The translations under genes and the position numbers were made by a program. From assembly GCA_000092065.1 (NCBI GenBank), contig CP000589.1: a stretch of DNA of 64,000 nucleotides; one strand, given 5' to 3'. The stretch is from Ostreococcus lucimarinus (Eukaryota). Shown here one piece after another: positions 38,911-48,418 of this stretch (position 1 is its first letter; the number at the start of each line of letters is the position of its first letter). Below the pieces are notes generated by a model. That model was not told the DNA's origin. It saw nothing but the letters and a program-made list of their open reading frames with translations, and ran no database searches.

Positions 38911-39672
38911 TCACGCGAAGACTAACAAAACTAAGGCTAACGATACACCGAGCGCGGACGCGGCGACGGCGCGGGCGTCGCGAAAGGCGCGCGCGGACGG
39001 CGCGCCGACGTAGTTGCAGACGCAGTGACACGCCGTCGCCGCGGATAACGACTCGCGGCGCAAGAAGACGCGACACGCCGCGAGCCCGAAGGCGAACGTG
39101 AACGCGAACTGCGTCGCCGACGCGCGAAGCGCGGTTCGAGCGTCGGCGCCCTTGGCGCGCATGCCGAAATAATGATGCGCGTGCGCCGCGCCGAAGAGCG
39201 CGCTCGAGAGCGCGCTCGCGCTCGCCGCGCTCGCCCCCGATCGCATCAGCGTCGCCAGCGCGCACGCCCTGAAGCACCACTCCTCGCACAGCGGCGCGTG
39301 CGCGTAATCCCTGAACGCCGCGAGCGTCGTCCGCCTCGTCCGTCGTCCGTCTCGTCGTCCTTCTCTCGCGCGCGCCGCCGTCTCGCCGAGCGTCGCCGCG
39401 AGCGCCACGCTCATCCCGTACGCCACCGCTCGCGCCTCCCCTAACGGCGGCGCGAGCCCGAGCGTTCGACGCCAAGCGTCGAGCGTCATCGTTTCGTCGC
39501 TCGCGACGCGCGCGGGCGCCCACGCGAGCGCGCACACGACGCTCAGCGACGCAAAGCGCCGTTTCATGACCCGCGCGTCGTCTCGGTCGTCGTCGATCGC
39601 CGTCGTCGCGAACAGCGCCGCGACGTACGCGAGCGCGAGCGCGCACGCGCACGCGACGCCCAGCGCGCGCAT
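38911..39672 (-). CDS. RCE1: CAAX prenyl protease 2 (RCE1, CPBP/Abi family)
   Basis: Multi-TM protein with the three CPBP motifs: EExxxR (APLCEEWCFRAC), FxxxH (FGAAHAHHY) and HxxxN (CHCVCNY). The overlapping 430-aa ORF in another frame is Arg-rich and rejected. Confidence 0.72.
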   Translation of the reverse strand: MRALGVACACALALAYVAALFATTAIDDDRDDARVMKRRFASLSVVCALAWAPARVASDETMTLDAWRRTLGLAPPLGEARAVAYGMSVALAATLGETAARAREGRRDGRRTRRTTLAAFRDYAHAPLCEEWCFRACALATLMRSGASAASASALSSALFGAAHAHHYFGMRAKGADARTALRASATQFAFTFAFGLAACRVFLRRESLSAATACHCVCNYVGAPSARAFRDARAVAASALGVSLALVLLVFA

Positions 39673-39743
39673 GACGCGCCGCGCGCGCGCGCGAGTGACG
39701 AGTGACGCGATTCATCACGTTCGTCATCACTTCGCGGCGCGTC

Positions 39744-40748
39744 ATGGCGCGCGACGACGCCGATTCGTGGTCCTACGCCCTGGACTGCGCGACGACGAGC
39801 GTGAAATCCTTCACCGCGTGCCTGCAGGCGATCAAGCTGAGCAAGCGATGCCGCGCGCGCGTCCGCGCGGACGCGCGAGGCGTGACGTTCGCGACGATGG
39901 ATGAATCGAAGAGCTGCGGGGCGAGCGTAAACTTTCGCGCGGAGACGTTCGCGCGGTACGCGTGCGATGAGACGTGCGCGGCGCTGGTCGGAGGACGAGC
40001 GCAGCGCGGCGGCGCGCGCGCGGTGGCGTTCGACGTGAACCTCGGGGCGCTGATCGACGCGCTGGGGGCGTTCGGCCGGGGCGACGGCGAGTTGGTCGCG
40101 CGGTGGCCGAATCGAGAGGGAATGCTGACGCTCGAGCTGGAGAGCGCCAAGGGACAGGGGGGGGAGAGAGAATTGAGACAGTGCGTGTACGCGGAGATCG
40201 CGCCGGAGATGGTGCCGGAGGACGAGGAACGAGGGGAGGAGGTGAGTTTTAGGGACGAGGCGAACGCGTTCATGCTGCCGACGGCGACGCTCAAGGAAAT
40301 CGTGGACGATTTGGAGTGGCCGAACGGGGACGTTTTGTTGGAGTGTGACGTGGACATGCTGAAGTTTAGCGCGCATGGGGCGGAAATAGGTGATCTAGCC
40401 GTGGACGTGGACGTCGGGGCGACCGGGAGGTTGACCGAGTTCTCGTGCGCGCAGCCGAGCGCGTCGAGGTACAAGTATCGATTCCTGAAGAGCGCGACGG
40501 CGGTGGGCGGGAGTTTCCTCGGCGGTGGGGGCGCGGGCGCAGGTGGCGGTGGAGGCGATGACACGGTGACGATGACGCGCGTGTCCATATCAAACGTTGG
40601 ATTTTTGAAAATCGTCCACCTGTTGCACCTGAGTCGCGGCCAAGTGTCGTTCGGCGCCGAGGGCGGTTTGAACGCGTTCATGGTGCCCGTGACGTACATT
40701 TTGCACCCGATCGAGGCCGACGCGGATGAATACGCGGATGAGGAGTGA
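39744..40748 (+). CDS. RAD1: checkpoint clamp protein RAD1 (9-1-1 complex, PCNA-like fold)
   Basis: Aligns with RAD1/Rec1 along the length: YSYALDCATTSVKSFTACLQAIK..., AFDVNLGALIDALGAFG (human INLTVLLDCLSIFG) and a C-terminal GFLKIVHLL...VSFGAEGG...ILHPIEADADEYADEE acidic tail. Confidence 0.68.
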   Translation: MARDDADSWSYALDCATTSVKSFTACLQAIKLSKRCRARVRADARGVTFATMDESKSCGASVNFRAETFARYACDETCAALVGGRAQRGGARAVAFDVNLGALIDALGAFGRGDGELVARWPNREGMLTLELESAKGQGGERELRQCVYAEIAPEMVPEDEERGEEVSFRDEANAFMLPTATLKEIVDDLEWPNGDVLLECDVDMLKFSAHGAEIGDLAVDVDVGATGRLTEFSCAQPSASRYKYRFLKSATAVGGSFLGGGGAGAGGGGGDDTVTMTRVSISNVGFLKIVHLLHLSRGQVSFGAEGGLNAFMVPVTYILHPIEADADEYADEE

Positions 40749-40819
40749 TGAAATGTATGACTGTCGATTGTTTGAGAAGACGCGATGCGTCGAGTAGAGG
40801 GAAACGTTTGTTAAAAATA

Positions 40820-43411
40820 TCAACGCAAAGCCGAGGCGAGAAGCACCCACGGGAGCTGACACGCGACGCAAGTAGCCATCACCACACATCCGCGCACTCG
40901 CGCATTTCGCAGAGCCCGTCTTACGCGAACCACAGAGTCGTCTGCGACGCAGGCTTCGTCTCTATCTCGATCGTACCACGCGATGACGGCGATATCATCT
41001 ATGTTTTGTGTCAACGCAACGACGCGACCGAGGGCGTCCACAAATGGCTCGCGCGCAAAGTTCATAGACGCGTACGATAGGACGAGAAGCAACGCGCGCT
41101 GAATCCAATCGTGCGCGTAACGCTCGACAGCACACGTGGTTTCGATCGCGTGCGCGCGAAGGAGGTCGTCGATGGGACCGACGCACGAGGTCGCCGCTGA
41201 ACACGTCGGCGGCTGGCATTCGGACGCGGCGCCGCCGTCGTCGAGTTTGAACGATTCAAGTGCGCACGACTGCGCCGCGCGCGCGTGCGTTTGAAAGATC
41301 TCGCTCTCATCGCCGTGAATCACATCCACGCACGCATCGATGGCGAGTAATGTTTCACGTGAAGCGTCCAGCGTGGTTTCTAGGCGATGTCGCTCGACGT
41401 CGGCTACGTTGAATCGCTCTGCCGTCGCCACGCGCCGCGCGTCGCACGTTTTCGTGAAGTTGTACGCCAAGTACGAGTCGAACGCCAACGCTCGTGTGCG
41501 CGGTGCGGTATTGACGTAAGAGTGCGCGAATACGAAGGCGTAATCGGCCGCCAAAGTACCGTTTCTACTTTCCACGCATCCCTTCACATACGAGCGATGG
41601 GTTTGGCGATACACGTGCAGCGAAGCGACGGTGATGGCGATGAAGATGGTGAAGCGCACGAAGGCGACCATGGCCGGATCGGCAACGAATCTTGCAAACT
41701 GCTCAAGAGAACTTATTTTGCGCTCGCCGGCGTCGCGGTCGCCATCGATCAAGTTGAGCGGCTCGAGCTCGAGCGCGCCGTAAGATAAATGTTTGGACAC
41801 CACGGAGACACATCGAATGACGCGGTACGTCAGATCAATGTTTACCAAACCAGCGAATGCAAACTCGGCGATTGAGAAAAACCCGTGAATGTGTACACCA
41901 CGAAACGTGATGTTGAAGAAATCGAAATCATCTGCGTCGGGCGCAACGTCAGGTGAAGAGAAATTTGTCGTCGTCAAGTACATCACGGCGGCCGCGCTTT
42001 GGTTCAAACCAAAACGCACAAAGTCAGACGTCTGCGCCGATGAAGCGTTCGTTGATTCTACGAACAAGTCAGATCGTTCTCGAATCGCTTGGAGGGTTTC
42101 TTCACCGAATTGCGTCGAGTTGTCTGTTGTAGAGCCATCCGAGCTCTCAAACGGCGGCGGGTCATAATCACTCAAGAGCGAAGGAATGCCCAGATCGACA
42201 CCGATGTCCACAGAAGTGGCTTCAGTGAGAGCATTATTTATTGTTGAACCCGCAATCGTCGCTGAAGCAGACATTAGTGTCGTGAAGTCGTCTGAGAGCC
42301 CGTCAAACCCGCCTATTGGTAAATCCGGCGACAGCCATTGAAAATCTGGCACCGAGACGACGGGCGCGTTTGGAAGTGATATCAGGGGCGTATTCGGGAG
42401 GTTCAAGCCGTGCGAGTCTTCAAGCGACTGAATCACCGGTCTCACATTCGTTTCAAAATCATCAAACCACGTGAGAACGTTTTCAAACGTTGCATCAACG
42501 TTTATGGCGTACGCTGCCATTTCGTCTGCGATTTCGCCTACTTCGGACATCATGAGCGCCAGTGAGGCGTTGACGACGTTCGTGCGCATCGTGTCTACAG
42601 CTGTACTCACACCGTACGAAAACGCATTTAATCCAGTCCCCACGCTCGAGTTGAAGTCTTGAATCGCCTCGATCGATCTATCATGGATGGCCGCGTATCC
42701 CGATTCGGCGAATCGCTTCACATCGAGCGATACGTTTTGCAAGCGTTCTGACTTATTGTCCATGTACTCGAGGTCATACTTTGAACGGGCGTCAATATTC
42801 GTCAACAGAAGTGCGACTGAACGCTCAATATCACTCGTGTACGATTCGCTGGATGAATGATACCTCGCCATCGTCTCTCGGGCACCGCTTTCGTTCATCG
42901 CGAGCAACACCGAGCGCTTAGGAGCGGTGGTCGCGCTCGCATTCAAGCATCTCTCATTCCAGAATGTCGATGAATTCGCAACGTACGCCGGCTTGAGCTT
43001 AGCCGAGAGATTGCTCAAAGCGCGTTCGCACCGTCGAATCTTACGTCGTAGCGCGCGAAGCTTTGCGTCGTTTGCGCCGCCGACGACTTCAGCCGCCGAG
43101 CGTCGCGTCTCCGCGTCTTCGCGAGCGCGACGCGCGCATCCGTCGCGAACACGGTGCACACACGCATCATACCACGCACGCTCACGCGTCACCTCTTCTT
43201 GCGCTCCGCGCCACCGCACCGCCGCCTCTTCGAATGTCACCTTTGTATTCCCTCGAGCAAAGTCCGCGACGCGTTTCGCCGACTCGAGCGAGGCGGCCCA
43301 AATCGTCGCCGCCGACGTCGCCGCCATGACCACTCGACGCACGCGCTCCGCGCGCACCCGCTCGCGCCGTCGCATCTCTCGCTTCCACACGACATCTTCC
43401 GCGCGCCGCAT
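40820..43411 (-). CDS. large sequon-rich multi-pass membrane protein of unknown function, in a local low-GC island
   Basis: 863 aa with an N-terminal basic region plus signal-anchor-like helix and a long domain carrying at least 14 N-x-S/T sequons (NSST, NASA, NESG, NKSE, NVSL, NSSV, NASL, NSTQ, NASS, NQSA, NFSS, NITF, NGTL, NFTK). Several hydrophobic helices follow (AMVAFVRFTIFIAITVASLHVY, ALLLVLSYASMNF, VVMATCVACQLPWVLLASAL). Cys-rich C-terminal segments. GC is about 48-52% versus about 68% in flanks. Confidence 0.55.
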   Translation of the reverse strand: MRRAEDVVWKREMRRRERVRAERVRRVVMAATSAATIWAASLESAKRVADFARGNTKVTFEEAAVRWRGAQEEVTRERAWYDACVHRVRDGCARRAREDAETRRSAAEVVGGANDAKLRALRRKIRRCERALSNLSAKLKPAYVANSSTFWNERCLNASATTAPKRSVLLAMNESGARETMARYHSSSESYTSDIERSVALLLTNIDARSKYDLEYMDNKSERLQNVSLDVKRFAESGYAAIHDRSIEAIQDFNSSVGTGLNAFSYGVSTAVDTMRTNVVNASLALMMSEVGEIADEMAAYAINVDATFENVLTWFDDFETNVRPVIQSLEDSHGLNLPNTPLISLPNAPVVSVPDFQWLSPDLPIGGFDGLSDDFTTLMSASATIAGSTINNALTEATSVDIGVDLGIPSLLSDYDPPPFESSDGSTTDNSTQFGEETLQAIRERSDLFVESTNASSAQTSDFVRFGLNQSAAAVMYLTTTNFSSPDVAPDADDFDFFNITFRGVHIHGFFSIAEFAFAGLVNIDLTYRVIRCVSVVSKHLSYGALELEPLNLIDGDRDAGERKISSLEQFARFVADPAMVAFVRFTIFIAITVASLHVYRQTHRSYVKGCVESRNGTLAADYAFVFAHSYVNTAPRTRALAFDSYLAYNFTKTCDARRVATAERFNVADVERHRLETTLDASRETLLAIDACVDVIHGDESEIFQTHARAAQSCALESFKLDDGGAASECQPPTCSAATSCVGPIDDLLRAHAIETTCAVERYAHDWIQRALLLVLSYASMNFAREPFVDALGRVVALTQNIDDIAVIAWYDRDRDEACVADDSVVRVRRALRNARVRGCVVMATCVACQLPWVLLASALR

Positions 43412-43490
43412 TCATCTCGCGCGCCGCATTCTATTTTCGTCCTCGTCCGCGGCGTCGCCCGCCCGTCGTCGGTTGTTAAGTCATGTTCAA

Positions 43491-44000
43491 ATGCCACCCA
43501 TTGTCAGAAGCCGAAGCGGCATCGCGGGCCCCTGGACGCGCGCGCGACTCGCGATGCCCGACGAACGCGCGACGGAGACGCAAAAACACCCCCGCATCGG
43601 CGTCGGCGTCATCATCCGTCGCGAAGACGGCCGCATCGTCGTCGGTCGTCGTCGCGGCTCGCACGGTTTGGGACAGCTCGCGCTGCCCGGTGGCGCTTTA
43701 GAGTGGAAAGAATCCATCGCGCAGTGCGCGAGTCGAGAGACGATGGAGGAGACGGGTCTGGACATCGCGCCCGAGGCGTGGATCGCGCCGTTCGCGATGT
43801 GCGAGTCCGTGATAGACGAGAACAATCATTGGTTGACGGTGTTCGCGCTCGCCGACGTCGCCGCGGACTGCGAGCCCGCGAACGTCGAACCGCACAAGTG
43901 CGAGGGGTGGACGTTCATGTCCATCGGCGACGTGCGCGAGGCGGATAATTTGTTTTTACCGCTTCGGAAGCTCGTGAACGATCGCACGGTGGCGCTCTAG
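43491..44000 (+). CDS. Nudix hydrolase
   Basis: Nudix box GGALEWKESIAQCASRETMEETG (GX5EX7REUXEEXGU). Start at the ATG at 43491; the ORF upstream is antisense to the previous gene. Confidence 0.75.
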   Translation: MPPIVRSRSGIAGPWTRARLAMPDERATETQKHPRIGVGVIIRREDGRIVVGRRRGSHGLGQLALPGGALEWKESIAQCASRETMEETGLDIAPEAWIAPFAMCESVIDENNHWLTVFALADVAADCEPANVEPHKCEGWTFMSIGDVREADNLFLPLRKLVNDRTVAL

Positions 44001-44204
44001 TCGTTCGACGGGACGCGGCGAGAGCGAGCGGGACGCCGCGCCGCGGCGACCGCAGAGTGAGACGCGCGCGGCGCGAGAGTCGTCACCACCGCGCGCGCTC
44101 TAGCGCTCGCGCGCACGGTCGCGCGGACCACGATCGTCGAGTGAGCGACGCGCGCGCGGCGAACGAGCCGAGGAGCGAGACGCGTTTGGCGACTTTCATT
44201 CGCC

Positions 44205-44906
44205 ATGCCGCCAAAGAAGGTGCTCGGAGAAAAGCGCCTGACCGCGGAGGAGAAGAAGCGCAAGGAAGAAAAGGAGAAGCGCGAGAAGGATAAAGAGCGG
44301 AAGGAGCGAAAGGCGCAGCTCGCGGCGGACAGAACGTTCGGTTTGAAGAATAAAAACGTCTCCGCGAAAGTCGCGGCCAAGGTTGATGATTTGAAACGGG
44401 ACGCGCCGACCAAGGAGGCGGAACGCGCGCGCGCCGAGGCGCGCGCGCGCGAAAAGAAGAAACAGAAGGACGCGGAAGAAGCCGCGAAGCGAGAGTTGGA
44501 AATTCTGATGGGGGTACGATCGGCGATACCGGAGCGGAGGAAAGTCGCGGCGGAGGGCGAGGACGCGTTGGCGGGCGAGCTCGAAAGTATGGTCGTCACC
44601 GCGGAGCCGAAAAACTTCGTGCGGAAGACTGTCGAGACGCAAAACGAAGCGACAGAGCCGACGAAGGAGCTCACGGAGGAGGAGCGTCGGGAAATCATAG
44701 CTAAAATTGAGTTGGAAAAGGCGCGCGTGAAGGAGGCGGAGCTCAAGGCGAAGGTGGACGTGAATCCATTCCACGTCGACGACGAGGGCTGGTACGATTC
44801 CGATGAAGATCCGTTCGAGTTGTTGAAGATGGTTGCGGGTAATAAGCGCGCGATCATCATGCCTAAAGGTTACGAAGATCCGGACGAGGACGCCATGGAA
44901 ACTTGA
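44205..44906 (+). CDS. Lys/Glu-rich charged protein (nucleolar/ribosome-biogenesis-like), unassigned
   Basis: MPPKKVLGEKRLTAEEKKRKEEKEKREKDKERKERK... plus an acidic C-terminus (DDEGWYDSDEDPFELL). Low complexity, but a clean ORF with a defined start. Confidence 0.45.
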   Translation: MPPKKVLGEKRLTAEEKKRKEEKEKREKDKERKERKAQLAADRTFGLKNKNVSAKVAAKVDDLKRDAPTKEAERARAEARAREKKKQKDAEEAAKRELEILMGVRSAIPERRKVAAEGEDALAGELESMVVTAEPKNFVRKTVETQNEATEPTKELTEEERREIIAKIELEKARVKEAELKAKVDVNPFHVDDEGWYDSDEDPFELLKMVAGNKRAIIMPKGYEDPDEDAMET

Positions 44907-44950
44907 GCTTCCCGGTACCAGTACACTAAACGAATTGAAACACTACAATA

Positions 44951-45757
44951 CTAATACCTAACCGCCTTACTCTGCGTCTCTCGCTCCTCGCGAAATAGTA
45001 AAGCGAGCCTACCAACACCGTACCCATCGACACCGTTCGCTCCGACGAGCGCGCGTGCCCATTCGTCGTGCCCCACTACAGGTTCGCCCGCGAAGCCGTC
45101 GACGCTGTGAAACACACGGTCGCCGCGAAAAATGACCGCATCACCGTCGTTCACGACGATTTCGACGCCTAAATCCTGCCCCTCTACCGGTCGGCTTTGC
45201 GCGTAGGCATCGTACATCGACCCGCGAGCGGGCGGTTTACCTATAGTCATCCGCGTCGGCCGACCGCCCAGCGAAATCGAGACGACCCAACCGACTCCTC
45301 TGTCGAGGTGCGGCGCCATCGTCTCTCGCCGTTTCCCATCTCCCGAAGCCGCCTCGCCGTACACCAGCGCCCAAAAGTGACTCGCCTCGAACGGGTCGTC
45401 GTTCGCGAACGCTCGCCGTAGCGCCCCGTCGTCGTCGTCTTTCGTCTTCGCCGTCGCGACGACGCGCGCGCTCAGCTCAAACAAGTCAATCGGCGCTTCG
45501 CTCAGCGCGCCGACGTCGCCACCGCACGCGCCGGTGCATCGCTTCAATCCGCACGCGCGCACGCACGCCATCGCGCGCTCGCGCTGCCCTCGCGCGTGCG
45601 AGGCGACGATTGTCGGGTGGTCGTTCGCCGCCGCGCGCGCCCAGGCCTCGCGCGAGGCGTACCGCGCGACGGATTCCGTCGCCCGCGCGCGCTCGCGCGC
45701 GTCGAGCGCGTCGCGCAGGACGTAACACTCGAACGGCAATCGCTCGAGGCGCGCCAT
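44951..45757 (-). CDS. ALKBH: AlkB-like 2OG-Fe(II) oxygenase
   Basis: HxD...H iron triad and the AlkB core: APHLDRG, VVSISLGG, GDAVIFRGDRVFHSV. Confidence 0.68.
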   Translation of the reverse strand: MARLERLPFECYVLRDALDARERARATESVARYASREAWARAAANDHPTIVASHARGQRERAMACVRACGLKRCTGACGGDVGALSEAPIDLFELSARVVATAKTKDDDDGALRRAFANDDPFEASHFWALVYGEAASGDGKRRETMAPHLDRGVGWVVSISLGGRPTRMTIGKPPARGSMYDAYAQSRPVEGQDLGVEIVVNDGDAVIFRGDRVFHSVDGFAGEPVVGHDEWARALVGANGVDGYGVGRLALLFREERETQSKAVRY

Positions 45758-45843
45758 GACGCGCGCGCGCGCGCGCGCCGCGAGGTGACGCTTCGGGACA
45801 CTTTATCCAACTCGCGTCCTGGACAGCAGACACGCGCGCGCGC

Positions 45844-46887
45844 ATGCGCGACGGCGCCGTCGTCGACAGCACGGGCGTGGACGCGGTGCTCGATACCATG
45901 GGCGCGATCCGCCAGCGGTTCTCGCGCGCGCATCGCGCGCAGTGCGCGCGCGCGGTGATTCTGTCGCTGCTCTGGGCCTGCGCGAGCTCGAGCTTGATCT
46001 TCCTGAACAATCATCTCCTGCGCGAGCGCGGGTTTTCGTACCCGATGATGCTGTGCACGATGGGCATGTTGAGCTCTTGGTTGATCGCGTGCGCGCTGGT
46101 GCACACGGGGCGGGTGAAGTTGAAGCACGAGGCGGTGGTGACGCGAAGGTGGTACGCGAGGCACATCTTACCCATCGGGAGCTTGGGCGCGGTTTCACTC
46201 GGGTTTGGGAATTACGTGTACTTGTATCTCAGCGTTAGTTTCATACAAATGCTGAAGAGCGCGGTGCCGGCGGTGACGCTGGTGGTGATGACGACGGCGG
46301 GGCTGGAAAAGTTGCACGGGACGACGCTGCTGGGCGTCGGCATCGTGACGCTCGGCACTTTCATAGCGGCGTACGGGGAGGTGAAGTTCAGCGCGATTGG
46401 AGTGGTGATGATGATAGTAAGTGAATTCGCGGAGGCGATAAGGATGGCGTTTTATCAGTACGTTCTCGGGAATTTGAAGTTTGATTTGATCGAAGGCTTG
46501 TATGTGATGGGACCGGCGGCGTTGCTGTTTCTCGGACTCGGAATCGTGATGTTTGAGCTGAGAGACTTTTTGGATAACGGAGCGTGGTACATCCCGATGG
46601 ACTCGCCGCACCATTTTTTCGCCGCGGCGCTACTGGGCTTTGGAGTGAATTATTTGACACTTGGCGTTATCAAGGCCACAAGCGGGTTGACGTTCAAAGT
46701 CATGGGCCAGGTCAAGAACGCCGTGGTCATCCTGCTCGCTGTCGTCATCTTCGGCAATCCCGTGACCAGTATTCAACTGTTTGGTTACACGTTGTCGTTA
46801 GTTGGGTTTTTCATCTATCAGCGCGGGAAGTCTCAACAGCTCGTCGCCGCAATTCGAGACCGAGACGCCGCTTCTGCCAAGGAATGA
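45844..46887 (+). CDS. triose-phosphate-transporter-family / nucleotide-sugar transporter (DMT superfamily)
   Basis: About 10 TM helices and TPT-family patterns (SLIFLNNHLL, SVSFIQMLKSAVPAVT, KVMGQVKNAVVILLAVVIFGNPVT). Confidence 0.78.
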   Translation: MRDGAVVDSTGVDAVLDTMGAIRQRFSRAHRAQCARAVILSLLWACASSSLIFLNNHLLRERGFSYPMMLCTMGMLSSWLIACALVHTGRVKLKHEAVVTRRWYARHILPIGSLGAVSLGFGNYVYLYLSVSFIQMLKSAVPAVTLVVMTTAGLEKLHGTTLLGVGIVTLGTFIAAYGEVKFSAIGVVMMIVSEFAEAIRMAFYQYVLGNLKFDLIEGLYVMGPAALLFLGLGIVMFELRDFLDNGAWYIPMDSPHHFFAAALLGFGVNYLTLGVIKATSGLTFKVMGQVKNAVVILLAVVIFGNPVTSIQLFGYTLSLVGFFIYQRGKSQQLVAAIRDRDAASAKE

Positions 46888-47010
46888 CAAAGTTCGAGCG
46901 CGTTGTTGAACACATAGTTGCCAGTTTCATAGTCCGTACCGTTTGTATGACAATGTTGAGCTTTCTTCTAAATCTAAAATTACCAGAACGCGCGCATGCA
47001 TGATGGACGT

Positions 47011-48156
47011 TTACTTTCGCACCGTCCCCTTGTCGGCGTGCGAACTGCGATCGTTTTGCTGCTGCTCTTGGCCCGGCATCGGCACACCCGCCGACTCGTA
47101 TTGTGCTTGTTGTTGCGCCAACAAACGCTCGTAATCTTGGGCTTCCATCACGTTCAAGCCCTTGGTGATGACCTTGTCGATTAAACCGTACTCGATCGCT
47201 TGGTTCGGGGTGAAGTAACGCGTACGGTCGAGGTCCTTGCGCACTACGTCAATGTCCTTTCCAGAGAACTCGGACATGAAACCCATATAAGTGTCTTCGT
47301 ACAGCGCGCACTCGTTGGCACGGATTTGAACGTTTTGCGTCGAGTCGAACGTGCGGTTCAACTTGGGCGGCTGCGTGGAAATTTGCACGTGCGGCAGCGC
47401 GTGTCTGCATCCTTTATCGCCCGCCGCCAAAATCAACGACGCGTTCCCGTGGCACTTCCCGACAGCCACGGTGTGAATTTTCGGTCGAATGTAACGCATG
47501 GTGTCCAAAATAGCGTACGCCTCGTTGTCCATCCCCACAACTTCGCCCTTCTCGTTCAGCGACCCCCCAGAGTTGATGTACACATAGCACGGCTTTTCCG
47601 CCTGCTCGTATCCAAGATACAACAACTCCGCCACGACTAACTCCGTCACCGCGGGCACGAGCGACATACCGATGTAACAAATGCGCGCGTTCAACAACAG
47701 CGACGGAAGATCCGGCGGTGCGACCGCACCCGCCGGCGCCATACCCCCGTGCGTCATCGTCGCCCCGCTCATCACCGTTCTGTACCTCGTCGGCTCATTA
47801 TTGTCGCTCGGCATCTCCTTCGCGTACGCCGCACGCGCGCCTAAATCAAGCGCCTTCACGCTGAATCGTTCTCTCGCCTCGCTTCCCGCCAACCCGAGCG
47901 CTTCGATTTGATTCTTAGTCAGCCCGCGCCCGGCGCCCTTCACGTCTGGAAACCTTTCCTCCAAAATCAAGTCCCGCTCCGTGCCCACGACGTCGAAAAA
48001 GTCCTCGTGTCCAAAGTTCATACTCTTCGTCACATTTACCGCGCCTCGATTCGCGCGCGCGGGCGTCACCGCGCGCGTCGCGAGCGCATTCTTCGCGATG
48101 TGGCCTCTTAGGGTTACTCGCTGCGTCGTCGTCGACGTCGCGCGCGCGCCGAGCAT
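47011..48156 (-). CDS. CLPR: ClpP/ClpR-family protease subunit, plastid-targeted (probably ClpR-like)
   Basis: ClpP fold: LLLNARICYIGMSL...YVYINSGG...AYAILDTMRYIRPKIHTVAVGKCHGNASLILAAGDKG...YEDTYMGFMSEFSGKDIDVVRKDLDRTRYFTPNQAIEYGLID. Long S/T/R-rich N-terminal extension. The catalytic Ser context is altered (GNAS rather than GxAAS). Confidence 0.78.
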   Translation of the reverse strand: MLGARATSTTTQRVTLRGHIAKNALATRAVTPARANRGAVNVTKSMNFGHEDFFDVVGTERDLILEERFPDVKGAGRGLTKNQIEALGLAGSEARERFSVKALDLGARAAYAKEMPSDNNEPTRYRTVMSGATMTHGGMAPAGAVAPPDLPSLLLNARICYIGMSLVPAVTELVVAELLYLGYEQAEKPCYVYINSGGSLNEKGEVVGMDNEAYAILDTMRYIRPKIHTVAVGKCHGNASLILAAGDKGCRHALPHVQISTQPPKLNRTFDSTQNVQIRANECALYEDTYMGFMSEFSGKDIDVVRKDLDRTRYFTPNQAIEYGLIDKVITKGLNVMEAQDYERLLAQQQAQYESAGVPMPGQEQQQNDRSSHADKGTVRK

Positions 48157-48418
48157 CGTTGGACTCGTTCGCGCCTTCGTTCGGCGTGTTTAAAGTCTTT
48201 CGATCGATCGAGCGCGTTTACGACGAGGCGTGAACGTCGCGCGTACGAATGTGAGGACGATGTCGCGATGCGCGCTGAAGCTTCGGGCTGGGCGCGCGCG
48301 CGCTTCGTTGCGAAACAGCGCGGCCGAGCGCTCGATCTGTACAGGAAAAGTCCAATATTCCAATATTATTGCGAAGAAACAATACGAAGACTAGTGAAAC
48401 GACCACACTACGCGACTA

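Noticed and set aside
40750-43411. Low-GC island interpreted as horizontally transferred DNA or a viral insertion.
   Set aside because: No flanking repeats, integrase or tRNA. Gene spacing and the head-to-head arrangement with the Nudix gene are the same as elsewhere. Other hydrophobic-protein genes (ELO, TPT) are also somewhat GC-poorer, so amino-acid composition and codon bias may explain much of it. Retained only as a compositional observation.
44205-44906. Lys/Glu-rich ORF assigned to a specific ribosome-biogenesis family (CCDC124/Lso2, TMA16, Cgr1 etc.).
   Set aside because: The similarity is compositional only. I could not align a family-specific motif by eye, so it is left as an uncharacterised charged protein.
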